DNA from: Chlorokybus atmophyticus
Lineage: Eukaryota; Plantae; Mesostigma and Chlorokybus algae
Assembly (NCBI GenBank): GCA_009103225.1
Contig: RHPI01003156.1
Coordinates: 474,537-538,536, forward strand
Length of the DNA stretch: 64,000 bases
Reading direction: 5' to 3'
Shown here: piece by piece, positions 11,707 to 23,755 of the stretch
Position numbering within the stretch: the first letter of the stretch is position 1
How the letters are laid out: each line of letters starts with the position of its first letter
Program-made: the position numbers and the translations under genes
Notes under the pieces: generated by a model
What the model was told of the DNA's origin: nothing
Databases searched by the model: none
Seen by the model: only the letters and a program-made list of their open reading frames with translations

Positions 11707-13106
11707 TATACAAATACATGCTCAACTTCTACAGCTTGGCCAAGTCTTCAGGAAGCCAAGAAAGTCCCGTTGCCGTGTTGTACTGCGACTGATCGCGCAC
11801 ACGCGCATCCAAGCCGCGCTTGTACAACTCGAACTGCTCAACCTTGTCCATGGGCATCAGGCCATTGTTCACGCGATCCATCAATGCGTAGAATTCCTGC
11901 AAATAAACGGAAGCCGTTCGGCCAGTTTGTCGCAACTTGTTGAGCTTGTTGCAAGCCTGAGTAGCCGCATCCATACCATCATAGCGCTTCACAAGGAACT
12001 TGTGGAGCGCTATGATAGTGCCTTTACTGTCTTGGCCGCACCATCCTTTGTCTGCCTCGCCCACTCGGCGAGAGCGTCAGATGGCATGAGCAACTCAGCA
12101 ACATTAATGTGCTCACAAACTGGGCGCTTCAGTGCTTTTAAGTAGTGCTCAACAGTGACCGCCCAATAATGGATGCTGACACTGCCACTGAGCTTGAACT
12201 TGTAGAGCTTGTGCGCTGTAACCGGCAGCCCCGCTGATGCACCAGCTAAAGTAGCACCCGCCAGCTGTTGACGCAGCACCACCAACTCGGACTGCATAGC
12301 ATTAAGGCGTGCCTTCAGCTTCATTCGGCTAGTCAACTCGTGTTTCAAGCCAGGTTCCAAGTAGCAGATTACATCTTTGCAACGTTGTGAGGTTTCCACC
12401 AAGTTGACCAAGCCCTCAAACGCCATTCGCTTCTCTTAATAAGGGAGAGGCTTATCATATACAGTCATAAGAGCATCCTCTCTGGAATCACCTCGCACAA
12501 GTGGCGGGATGTTGTTCGTCAGCTTAACTCATAATTGCGATTGACACTCAAAGTGCTCAAATCTTGTTGAAACAGCCCCACAGGCCGATATCAACAAGTT
12601 GTGAGTTGTCATTTTGATATCGACCGCACATAACGATTCTAACGGCCTCACGGCGCTATCTAGCGGTAGAAACAGCTAGTGTTGCCACCGGGCTGCCCTC
12701 AAAGAATTGCGAGTGTAAAAACAACTTCAAACCCTTCACCACCACTACGAATTCGCGTGGTGGCAAGCACACAGAAGTGAATTATGATGTGATTGTCTAT
12801 GTAATGTGCTGGGCATGCAATGCTTAGAGGAGAGGCCTGAGTGGCCGCCTCCCTAACAGCAAGCTAGGCTAGGCTAGGTTAAGCAAGCAAGCAAGAAAGG
12901 CTAAACTACATCAGCAACAGCGTTTATACAACAACAACAACAGCAACAACAACCACTACCCACCCTAGCTGGTGGCTAGTGTGCTAGTTGCCGCCGCCAT
13001 CGCTGCCGTTGCTGCCGCCTGCCGCCACTGGACACTACTGACGCCTTTAAGCCCAAGCCGCCGCCGCCCCCCCACAGACCCCTCGCCGCCCATGCTTATA
13101 TACCAA

Positions 13107-13433
13107 TGTAAGGACAGGGGGTGCTACCTCCTCCCTCCAATCCTCTTACCCAACACCGCCACCAGCCATGTCGCCGACACCGCCGCCGCCAGGGGCAACT
13201 GCCGGAGCTGAAGATCTGCTGCTATGGCGGCGGCTGCGTTAGCAGTGCCGCCGTACAGTTGATATCAATATGAGACTCATGGCTCATGTCGATATTGATG
13301 TTACAGATAAGTAACACTACATTAGGGCCTAGGTCAACGGCCATAATACGGCTTCATTGGCTGTATATACCCGTTGGGACCCTTATTTTATCCTCCGAGC
13401 GGGGAACCTCCATAGAGGTAGCACTCCGTTACA
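13107..13433 (-). repeat. gypsy 5' LTR (TGTAA...TTACA)
   Basis: Terminal inverted pentamers; PBS-like TGGTAT on the minus strand at 13100-13105. Confidence 0.88.
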
Positions 13434-14200
13434 GAAGCCATGCTGCTGGTTGTAGACTTTTTGCGCGGCCATGACATCCTCTACCGTGCGTGGGGCCAAC
13501 TAATAAGTAGGTGTACACAACTCTGCACGCAAAAGTTGCAAGTAGTATACCTTACACAACAACGCTCTAAAAGCCGGCGCACTTGTCCACCTGTGTCAGC
13601 ACTATAACTGCTACAAGTCCTTGAGGTGCTCACGATCATTAATCATTGCATACGATGCTGCATGGATAGGCATAATAATCGCGACATTGGCAGTTTCGGT
13701 AGTAGCATGTACTGCACCCATGGCATTTATCTTGGGTTGCATAAGTCCAAGCTGGTGCTTGCGTTCCTTTATACCTGCAGCAAAGTTACGCACCCCTCTA
13801 CTCACAGCATGCAAAGTTTCCTGCACGCTAGCCATAGCTGAACATCTGCACTTAGTACCACAAGCGAACAATACACCTAGTTTCTTTAAGCCAGCGGTAG
13901 AAAACTACAAGTTAGGACGTGGCCCAACTATGCATTCACAAAAGGCTGGAAAGCATTCTCAGTGTCGCAGGTACAACACCATCCATCATGGAACTCTGCA
14001 TGTGCACCGTGGTTTGATGACGAGGGCAATGCAGTTGATCATCGCAGCCCCCAGCGTCTGACCATACATCCAAACTGTCAAGGGGTCCTTCTATCTTCGC
14101 TGTAGCTGTTGGGGTACCACATTGCGCACAGTATCCACAGCCATGCACGCTTGCAAGTATCACAACTCAGTTAGTGGTCCCTTGAATGCACCGGTTACTA
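13434..14200 (-). pseudogene. Penelope-like element RT, N-terminal part, on the far side of the gypsy insertion
   Basis: Manual translation gives 'GHVLT' then 'LFACGTKCR', and 'IVLTQVDK' then 'LLCKVYYLQLLRAELCTPTY'. These match the Naiad/Chlamys N-terminal motifs GHvxT, kGpkyR and DKa...CKxxY...EL...TY. Confidence 0.7.
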
Positions 14201-14321
14201 CGAGGCGTCGTTGTCTTTGAGGCAGTTCAACCGGTAAGTATAATTGCAATGCACGTTAACTACTACGAGGCGTCGTTGTCTTTGAGGCGGTTTAACCGGT
14301 GGGTATAGTTGCAATGCACGT
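14196..14321. repeat. Tandem duplication, 65-bp period, 2 copies
   Basis: tactacgaggcgtcgttgtctttgaggc...gcaatgcacgt starts at 14196 and again at 14261. Confidence 0.85.
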
Positions 14322-16073
14322 CAAAGGGCGCCAGCCAGCATCTCGGCTTTTAAGGCTGTAACTGCAAAACTCGCAGAGCGGTACGCATTAGCAAATTCAG
14401 CATATGGTTCAAATTTCACCATGTGGACACAAATAAGTCAGTCAAGTGTTATCTTTTAATCAATCATTCTAGACTGCATGTACAGCAATCTCCTGCCGTA
14501 ATCCCTGTATGCAAAAAAACGCACAGGGAATGCATGCGGGTTATCTGCCCTGTATGGCAAAGCACGTGCAACCATGGCCACTTTGTGTCTGCTGAGATGT
14601 GAACGCTTGCGCTTGGAAACTACTTGCTCCTGATATAAACTATGCGGTGCATATGTGGTTGGACTGCTAATGCTATCTTTCTCCCTGAGATGTGCAGCCT
14701 GCCTGCAAGCATCGTCGTCTATGTAGGGGATGCATGAGACATGCTCCAGCGGAGACACCCCCCACGTTTCCATGCCTTCCGCCACCATGCGCAACTCCAA
14801 AGGGGTTGCATTAGCGCTTGAACGAGCGTCGTAATGCTGCTTGAAACGCTATAATGCGGTGGCATTGTCTAACTCAACACACACATCTGCTTGGTGGCCA
14901 GCCAATCTATACATTGCCTAAATCCTATGGTAATGCAGTACAGGACTTAACACAGGCGCAATAGGCAAGTACTCCATTGCCTTCTGACGATACTTTATCA
15001 TCGCGGGCAAGTACAACTGATAATGGGCGCATAGTACTTGCCGTTAAATTGCAAGTACCCCCCAATCGATTTACGACATGTTGTTTGGGTCTGGTACACG
15101 AGGTGCACCATTGTGCTGTGTCAATGCAAGCAGCCCCTTTAATACAGCATATACCCAACAGCTCATACACTATGCACAGTCACGCACAGACCCGCAATCA
15201 CGAACTAAATCACTCAGACAACAGATGCCGTGAACTGCATGCGGTTCCTTAGCAGCCAAAGGCGATGGGAGTAGCGATTAAACCTCTCCCAAACTACGAC
15301 CGGAACCCCCGGCAAAATGCATAAGAAACATATGACAATGTACAGCCAAGCACAAGCCATAGCCAACAGTAGTCACAGCAGGAGAGGTGCAATCATAGGG
15401 TTTACAATCACACACGTCGCAGCCTCCCAGCGCAAGCCCATCCCAAATGCCGCGGGCGGACTGGTCGTGGTACGGCTGTGACAACAGTGACGTGGGCTAG
15501 TAAGTGCTTCAGTTGGATAATGAGGAACCGTCTATTGAACTGGAGAGAGAACGATTTGGCATAAATTGTGACAGACCTCACTTATGGTTTTTGCTACCAT
15601 AGCCTATTGGTCGGAGCCATGGTCACAAGGTACGCGACTTTTAGACCAATAGTACGCGTTTGGACGCGTACAGAGACCCCGCGTACCTAATACGCAGTCT
15701 GTACGCAGTCTGTACGCCAGTGTAACTGGGTTACGCTCCAGTTACGCTGAGATACAGCTTAGCACTGTATCTCAACCGTAACTGGTCAGTCTAGTGTAAC
15801 TAGGCGGCGGTGCAGGCAACATAGTTGGCGGCAGCGGCGGCGTTAGCGGCGGCAGGCAGGTGGGAACGGCGCTCCTTTAGCTGCAAGCTTCATCTCTCAA
15901 GCTACTGTAGCTGCGCCTGATAGCCATTAGCTACAAGGTGTGTGCGTGGGTATGCACTGGTTGCCTGCATGCTTGGCTATGCGCCCATCATACATCATGC
16001 AGCCTGCAAGTCATACCATCAACGTGCTATATGTGATTTGCATGTGTTCATAATAGTGTTTGTTTATGTTAGA

Positions 16074-18592
16074 ATGACGCAAAGTGCGCTGTGGAAGCAC
16101 GTCGACATAATAGAGAGAAAGCCTCATGGCAACTTTCGTGTGAGGTGTGTTTATTGCGAGCACGAGTGGACAGGAAGTGTTTCACGTATTGGTGCCCATC
16201 TGAGTGGTGAACGTGGAGTCACCAAGTGCACAACCCCTCCCGAGGAGATCGTCTTGCAACTTACACAAGCCAAGAAAGACAAGGAGAAAGAGGGTGAGAA
16301 GAGGAGGAGGTTGGACTTGCTAGATCAACTCACATCCGCCATTGGGGATGCTGGTGCAGGTACTTGAATGCATGCGTGCATGCATTGAAGCTTGGCAAGC
16401 AGTGGTGCTGCTCATCACGCATCAAATCAATCACATTGTGCTATAGATTCAAGCGCCACCGTTCCTTCTAGTCAACAACAAACTCTTGATGCAACTTTCA
16501 AGCGTGGGGATAAAGCGCATGTGGATGAAGCCATTGCTCGGTTTTTCTTCAGCAATGGCATCCCCTTCAACGTGGCAAGGTCCCCTTACTTTATCGCAGC
16601 AATGAAAGCGGTTGGCAAGTTTGGCGCTTCATATACCCCTCCCTCATCCGAGGCGCTTCGCACAACCTTGTTGGAAAAGGAGTATGCTAGGGTGAATGGC
16701 GAACTTGCAGTCATCAAGGACTCAACACGAGAAACCTCATGCACAATTGCTAGCGATGGATGGTCGGACACGTCCAACCGTCCATTGTTGAATGTGCTCA
16801 TGGTGAGTCCTAAAGGAGAAGTTTTTCTTCAAGCAATCAACACGGAAGGGAAGGAGAAGACGGCGGAGTATGTATCCGAGCAGCTGATCTCCACCATTGA
16901 TGAAGTAAGTGGTGCACTCGTTCATTGCCATTATAGATTGTGTACACAACCATGCTAAGTAACACATGCAAGCACTGACTGGCAGCACTTTATGAGCACA
17001 TGCATCACACGCGCATGCTCATGCTCGCACCCGACACAAGTACGCATGCGTGTGACACATGCATGCACTGACTGGCAGCACTTTGTGAGCACATGCATTA
17101 CACGCGCATGCTCATGCTCGCACACAACACAAGTACTTATGCGTGTGACACATGCACGCACTGACTGGCAGCACTTTGTGAGCACATGCATCACACACGC
17201 ATGCTCATACACGCACACAACACAAGTACTTATGTGTGTAACTTGCAGGTGGGGTCCGCGAATGTGATACAAGTTGTCATGGACAATGCAAGCGTGTGCG
17301 TAGCTGCTGCACGTCTGATCACTAGCGAATACCCGCACATCACATGGACGCCGTGCACCGCGCATTGCTTGGACTTATTGCTTGAGGATATAGGCAAGTT
17401 GGAGTGGGTTAAAAGCGTGGTGGCTGATGGCAAACGCATAGTGAAGTTCATTACCAACCACCATCGTTCCTTGGCCATCTTCCGCTCCAAAGCCAAGCTA
17501 GAGCTGCTCAAGCCAGGTGAAATAGCATGCGTGCATGTGTGTAGTTAGAGATCAACTTAGTACAAGCGCAAGATTAATGGTAGACAGCAACCATGTGAAA
17601 TTGCAGCTGATTGCCCGCGCATGCATGCATGCTCATGTCATGCGCGTGCTTGTTTGCTCATAGCTACTTGTTGTGCAGGAGATACTCGCTTCGCAACGTC
17701 ATTCATAACTCTTGCAAGGCTAGTCGAGGTCAAAGACGCTCTCGACGAGGTGGTGGTGAGCAGGGACTGGAAGGCTTGGGCCGACAAGGGTGTGCATAAG
17801 CAAGAAGCTGCTGCAGTCAGAGCGTTGATCTTGGCACCAGATTTCTGGTCACAAGTGGCATTAGTGAATGCGGTGTCGGCCCCCATCGTGGATCTGCTGC
17901 GTTTGGTTGATGGGAACTTGCCCACCATAGGCAAAGTGTACGCCAAGATGTTTCGTGTTGGCGACCAGCTCAAGCATCTGAAGGGCATGACTGAACAACA
18001 ACGACTTGATGTGCGCGCCTGTTGGAGGGACAGGTGGATCATGCTGCATAGTGACATGCATGCAGCAGGCTATGTGCTGGATCCCGAATATTGGGGTCAT
18101 GAGCAGCACACCAATGAGGAAGTTATGGAAGGCTTTGCAACGATGGTGGAGAGGGTCCTGCAGTCCCATGACAAGGTTGACTTGGCGTTGCAACAGCTAC
18201 ACATGTACCGAAGTAAGATGGGGCTGTTCGGCAAAGAGGCAGTGCAACGAGCGGCTCTCACAATGCCCGCGCATGCTTGGTGGCACATGTATGGTGGTAG
18301 TGTACCCGAGTTGCAGCAGCTAGCGATGCGCGTGTTGGCTCAACCATCATCAGCTTGTAGCTGTGAGAGATCCTGGAGCACGTACGACTTCATCCACTCA
18401 AAGAGAAGGAATCGGCTGCAAGCACGCAGGGCAGAGAAGTTGGTGTTTGTCTTCACCAACTTGAGGCAGCTGAAGAAGATCCACAACCCACATTATGTGC
18501 AGGAGTTTGTTGAGTGGGAGGCAGACTCTGATGTGGACGTGTTGTCTAGTAATGATGATGAGGGGGGCGAGTCTGATGATTACTCGGTGTAA
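16074..18592 (+). CDS. hAT transposase (BED finger, DUF659, C-terminal dimerisation domain), 4 exons, 641 aa
   Basis: Exons 16074-16359, 16447-16904, 17249-17516 and 17679-18592 join in frame via GT-AG introns. Motifs 'WKHV...CVYC...HL', 'SDGWSD', 'CTAHCLDL', 'PGDTRF', 'CERSWS'. Confidence 0.93.
16964..17240. repeat. ~94-bp tandem repeat x3 in transposase intron 2
   Basis: Recurring gcactgactggcagcactt...cacaagtac unit. Confidence 0.85.
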
Positions 18593-19585
18593 CTAGGCAG
18601 ACACATGTGATGGGCTATGTCTGCACACATGCTTCGCTGTAACATAGTGTTCTCTGCTCATTGTTTACTGTTGTGCACATGTACGCAAGTAGCATGCTTG
18701 ATGCTCGTGAAGCAACACGACAAAACTGCCACTGTAGCGTACTGCCACGTACTGGCATAAATGGGTACATGTATGTACGCGTACACCACCGCTCACGTAC
18801 TAAACGCGTACTGTGTACCATGTGACCATGGTCGGAGCCCACTTGTTACACATACCCAAAACAGGCGCGCTCAGCTCAGTATGTAAACAACCCAATCCCA
18901 CACACCCTACCAAGCACACGCACACACCCAAACACAAACACTTATCAAATACAGCAGGGCATTGGAAAAGCCTTTCCCCTGTGCCCGCAGTTAGTGCATG
19001 TAATTAAGCTGAGCTTGACTACGTGCACTAATTACGTGCATGTGACGGAGTGGGGGTGAACCGGCAGAGCAGGCAGATGGTAACAGCAACAGGGCAAAGC
19101 AGCAGCGGACCTGTATGCGCAGAGCTGAAGGTTAGCCACGGGCTGTACTGGCAAATCACAGCAGCAGAGGGCGATGGGAAGGGGCAGGGTGAGGGCGCGG
19201 ATGCTGTGCAATGCCCGTGATGAGGAAAGGCGGCTTGCTGCGTGGGTGTCACCAGGTTTTGGCGTGTAAGATCCGTTGGAGTTATGAGTTGTGAGTGCGG
19301 GAACGGCTGCAGGCCATTGCAGATGGCTGTTGCAACGCAACGGAATATCACAACCATGTTAACAAGCAAGTGGTCTAGCATTAATACATGCATTTGTGAA
19401 ATAAATACGATAGCACACACATCATGCATGTTATGCGCGGCATCATCACATAACAACGACAGCCATGTTGAATCAACATACACCTGTATTTGACAACTTA
19501 AATTTTTATCATACATTATACTATATCATCAAGCATTGTATCAATCATTGATGTACATCCATTTGCATGTTTACCCTTATATGTA

Positions 19586-19767
19586 CCGTAGTGCCGCGAA
19601 ATTTTTGTATTATACGGCCGCTCGAAGACTGGTATAACCTTCGTTGATACCTCGCATGACCATCCAGGTATAATGCATAAAGAAGGCCCCCCGTTTACCC
19701 AGTAAAAACTGCGTAAAGTGCCGCGCTAGATTATTATTTCTTTAACGAAGATTTCGCAGCACTACGG
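19586..19767. mobile_element. Tc1/mariner-type MITE, 182 bp
   Basis: 17-bp TIRs CCGTAGTGC(C/T)GCGAAAT with TA duplications at 19584-19585 and 19768-19769. Confidence 0.82.
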
Positions 19768-20334
19768 TATACTTGATTCGTCTAATCAAATCAATTGTGT
19801 AGATGTTGTCAATCATGTCGCTAAACCCAACGCTAGAGCACAGCTGCCTTGTTTACCACTTCGCCGTTGCCGTCTAAGTGCCGACCCCGATCTGGAGTGA
19901 GCGCCTAACTGCGATCGCCATCTCTGCCGCACGACACGAAACCGGGTTCAACCGCTCTGTGCCAAATTTGGCCTCCCGCGATCGAGGCCCAATCGTAGTC
20001 ACGTGATGTTGCTCTCGCAGTAGACGTGGCGTAACGTAGTCACGTGCGCACTCGGCCTGTCCTGCTTCGCTGCGCAGAACTCTCTTTCTCTGGCCTGGTG
20101 GTTGAGCCAGAAAGGGGGTGAGATTGTGGACATTCGTGGCCCAACCGTGTGTGAGACAGACAGATTATAGAGTAAAGCTGTCACCAAGTGGTATATAGCA
20201 GCCAGTATTGGCTTGAGTACACCCAAGCAGTAGAGTGCAGCGAGCGACTGTAGTGCGCACACATAGACAGGGAGAGCCAGGGTCAGAGAGTGTGCGTGTG
20301 TCAAAGATCTCAGAGGTGTTTATTGCACACAGAC

Positions 20335-21899
20335 ATGGCGGATCCTCCATTGACCCCCAACGGTTCCGGCGGCCCTGCTCCTCACGGTCCTCCTCTTGGC
20401 GCAGAGAACCTCCGCTACCTCTTCGACCAGCAGCGCAAGTACATGGACCACTTCTTCTCGCAGCTCGAGACCGGCGGCAGCGTCCGCAAGTTCGCTGAGC
20501 TCCTCCATCAGTGCCAAGGCACGGTCTTCTTCACGGGCGTGGGCAAGTCGGGCTTCATCGCGCAGAAGATATCGCAGACGCTCGTGTCGACAGGGACGAG
20601 GGCGGTATTTCTGAGCCCGGTGGATGCGCTGCATGGAGATATCGGGATTGTGAGTGCCGCGGATGTGGTGGTGATGTTCTCGAAGTCGGGGTCGACGGAT
20701 GAACTGCTACGACTCATCCCAGCCTGCAAAGCAAAAGGTGAGCTGGTTACACGATTGCTGGCATCTTTTGGCAATTGGCTGTTGTGTGTGTATGTGTGTG
20801 ACACACAGACTCTGTGTGCGCGCGCGCAAGATAGAGGCTGTGCATGTGCGCGTGTATGCGTACTTGCAGGAGTGTGTGTAATATGTGTGTAATACCCACC
20901 CACACCCACAACCACCCACCCACAACCACCCACTCACCCTCTCACCCCCCAGGTGCCTTCATCGTCGGCATCACTTCCTGTCCCGGTTCCCGTCTCGACC
21001 GTTCCTCCAACTTCCACGTGCACCTCCCTCTGGACCGCGAGCTCTGCCCCTACGACCTCGCGCCCGTCACCTCCACCGCCATCCAGATGCTGTTCGGAGA
21101 CACCGTCGCCATCGCGCTTATGCAGGCGAACCACCTGACCAAAGAGCAGTACGCGCTGAACCATCCGGCGGGGAGGATCGGGAAGAGACTGATACTGAAG
21201 GTACTGAGAGTGTTTGTGCTTGCGCATGTATGTGTGTGCGTGTTGGTGGACGTGCATGTAGTGCACGCGGATATGTGGGAATGTGCCATGTGTGTTCTGA
21301 CCTTGTGGATGTTTGACATCATCAGGTTGCGGATGTGATGAAGCCTGTCAAGGAGTTGCCTTTTGCTAAGGGCTCTGATCGTGTGATGGACTGCCTTGTT
21401 GAGCTCAGCGCTAAGGTACCACCCCATCAGAGTAATACCAACACTTCACCTCCTTATCAGAATGTTCAACCAACAACTGACATCACACGTGTGTGCAGGG
21501 CTGCGGCTGCATCATCATCACCGACGAGGACAAGAAGCTCCTTGGCACGTTCACGGACGGAGACCTCCGCCGTGCTCTCAACAAGAACGGCGCAGCCGTA
21601 CTTGACATGAAGGTACGCAAGCAGTTCACAAGTACACGTTGTGGACTTTGCTTTTGAGTGTGAACACATGCACACACTTCATGCACACCCCACCCCCACC
21701 CATACTCACACCTTGTTGCTTGCAGTTGGAGGAATTGATGACGCGTAAGCCGCGCACGATCGAGGCGAGCGCAATGGCCGTGGAGGCGATGAAGGCGATG
21801 GAGAACCCCACCTGCGTGACGTTCCTGCCCGTGATCGACGACGCGGGCGGCGTTGCGGGGCTCATCACGCTCCACGGACTCATCAATGCTGGACTGTAG
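20335..21899 (+). CDS. kdsD: Arabinose-5-phosphate isomerase (SIS + CBS domains; KdsD/SETH3 family), multi-exon
   Basis: '[23 protein letters not shown]...DALHGDIG', 'LAPVTST', '[11 protein letters not shown]', 'FTDGDLRR', and the end '[13 protein letters not shown]'. Confidence 0.93.
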
Positions 21900-22522
21900 A
21901 GTAAAACAATCTCTATGGAACACGTGATGGTGAAGATACATGTTGCCCCTCCTTCTCCTCTGCCGTTACCTGCTGTAGCTGTAAGATAAGATAGTGCAAG
22001 GGCAGAGGAGTTTTCAGACAACAGTTTGGACGAAACCTTCTAGCGATTTTGCTGTAGTTTCTTCTTGATGGAGGCATGCATACACATTCTGCAACAGTGC
22101 ATGGAACATTGCCTTGAATGAGAGCTGCCTGTCATGTCTTCTGCAAATTGTGCTTTCTCACTTGAGCGCAGGTTGCCACACAGGCGTTGGATCAGTGTGA
22201 TACTGACTAGGTGACCACCAGTGTACGTGTTGCAGAATAGCAGTCAGTCACTATTCCTGCAGCTACTATCCTCCAATTTACGGGGCTACATATTGTTGTA
22301 GAAATGAAACTCTGCCAGCCATAAGCGCGACAAACTACTGCCTACAGAGTGTTGTTAAATTTACCTGTGTACCTGCAGCAATGGCTGCCACCGCCTTTGT
22401 GCTAGTAATCCAGTGCAAGCACAACACTTGTGCCACAACCAGACACTACAGCTGTTGCAACAAACACCAACCCACAGCTTCTGTACAGTTGAATGCTTAC
22501 GGAATAACACCTACAGGGCATG

Positions 22523-23643
22523 TCACGTGGTCTCCCCAGTGCCAGCATTGCCTGCGTTGCTATTGTCATCATTGTTGTAATCCTCGAGCGCGCGCATGGC
22601 GTCGTTCAGGTGTCGCATCACGAGGTCCAGCTTCTGCAGCGACAGCTCCGCGCCCTTCTTGGCCGCGTAGTCGCTGTTCTCGTAGGGGCGGTATTCGGAG
22701 AGGGAACGGATCTCGTCGCGGAGGGTCGTCTGGATCTCCTGAAGAGAGGAAAGACAAGGCATAGGGGATGGTTTGAGACCTCAATCTGATCATGTGTGTC
22801 ACATGCACTGAGTATACGATTGTGCGCGTGCGCTGCATGCGTGCGGCTGTGGATGTGCTTGCGTGTGCATGCGTGTGAGTGTGAGTGTGCGCGCTTGCGT
22901 GTATGTGTGTGCTTGCATATGTATGTCAATGTTTCTAAGATGTGCTCTGTTGTAATCACACAGTTTGGTCTCCATCTGCTCTCACCTGGACTCCCTGGGC
23001 AAACGTCCGGACCTGCTGCAGGACGGCCTCCGCGTTGACCCCGCCGCTCGCGCTGGCCAGCTCCTCGCAGGCTCGCGCGGCCGCGCTCACCACTTCCACA
23101 ACACGCTGCGCAGAGGTGGTGAGATGGAGTAACCGACTAACTACTTTTTACAAGAAAGCATGTGGCATAAATGGAGCAACAACGCCTTGACAGTGCATCA
23201 ACTATCGAGCAACAAAGCATGCAAGCCAGCTGGTTGGCGAGCGTGTGTACGAACGTGTAGAGCATTCGTAAGCAAGCAATGGATGCCACGAATGCATGCA
23301 GTATCAAAGCTAGAGCGCATACGCGTATGTATCTGTGCGCATTCTACTATCATGCAGTCGGAGACGGAGCCAAGCTCAAGCACAGGATGAATAAAAGCTG
23401 CAAACATCCCATATCTGAGGTGATAGACTATGCCAGCATCTAGCTAGCGGTTGAAACAGCACAGCACAGAGCACGCAAGCAAGCAGACAGGAAGGTGCAT
23501 GCAGGCATGCCACAAGCACCGCCTACCTGCTCAGCGTTCTGCAGCGCCTGCAGCGCCGGCGGCGCCCTTCCCGCAGGATCATTGCCCGCCGCCGCCCCGC
23601 CCCCGCCGCCTACCCCTCCCAGCATCCCCGGCGCCCCCGCCAT
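22523..23643 (-). CDS. MED11: Mediator subunit 11, 3 exons, 150 aa
   Basis: Exons 23643-23527, 23105-22986 and 22738-22523 are in frame. 'LQALQNAEQRVVEV...EELASASG...EIQTTLRDEIRSLSEYRPYENSDY...LQKLDLV' matches plant MED11 as I recall it. Confidence 0.88.
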
Positions 23644-23755
23644 GCTGGGCCAGAGCTGATGAGCTGCACTTGAAGCCTGCCGCGCTTGCCGTCCTCGTTG
23701 CCGTTGCCGTTGTTGTGGGCGACGGCGGTTTTGGTAGTGGGATCGAGCGTCAAGG

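Larger units (their letters stand above)
6141..12426 (-). pseudogene. Fragmented gypsy gag-pol with chromodomain
   Basis: Chromodomain 'LVKWKGYGVEHNTWEP', integrase 'STAYHPQTDGQTERAN', RT 'RMCVDDRALNK...YPLPHI' and 'LQSFLGLANY', protease 'IDTGA', zinc knuckle '..H.RKNCP'. Confidence 0.9.
5689..13433 (-). mobile_element. Ty3/gypsy chromovirus, full-length but decayed
   Basis: Two homologous LTRs (5689-6020 and 13107-13433) with a 5-bp TSD GAAGC on both sides (5684-5688, 13434-13438). Degenerate PBS next to the right LTR. Internal gag-PR-RT-RH-IN-chromodomain fragments. Confidence 0.93.
15618..18830 (+). mobile_element. hAT DNA transposon, apparently autonomous
   Basis: 16-bp TIRs CATGGTCACA(A/T)GGTAC, perfect 8-bp TSD GTCGGAGC (15610-15617, 18831-18838), GTACGC-rich subterminal repeats. 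Confidence 0.96.

Noticed and set aside
13434-15600. Hammerhead ribozyme expected for a PLE
   Set aside because: CTGACGA at about 14984 lacks a following stem II and GAAA core, and I found no convincing motif by eye.
16964-17240. CRISPR array or coding repeat in the hAT element
   Set aside because: A head-to-tail tandem repeat with no unique spacers, lying inside a GT-AG intron.
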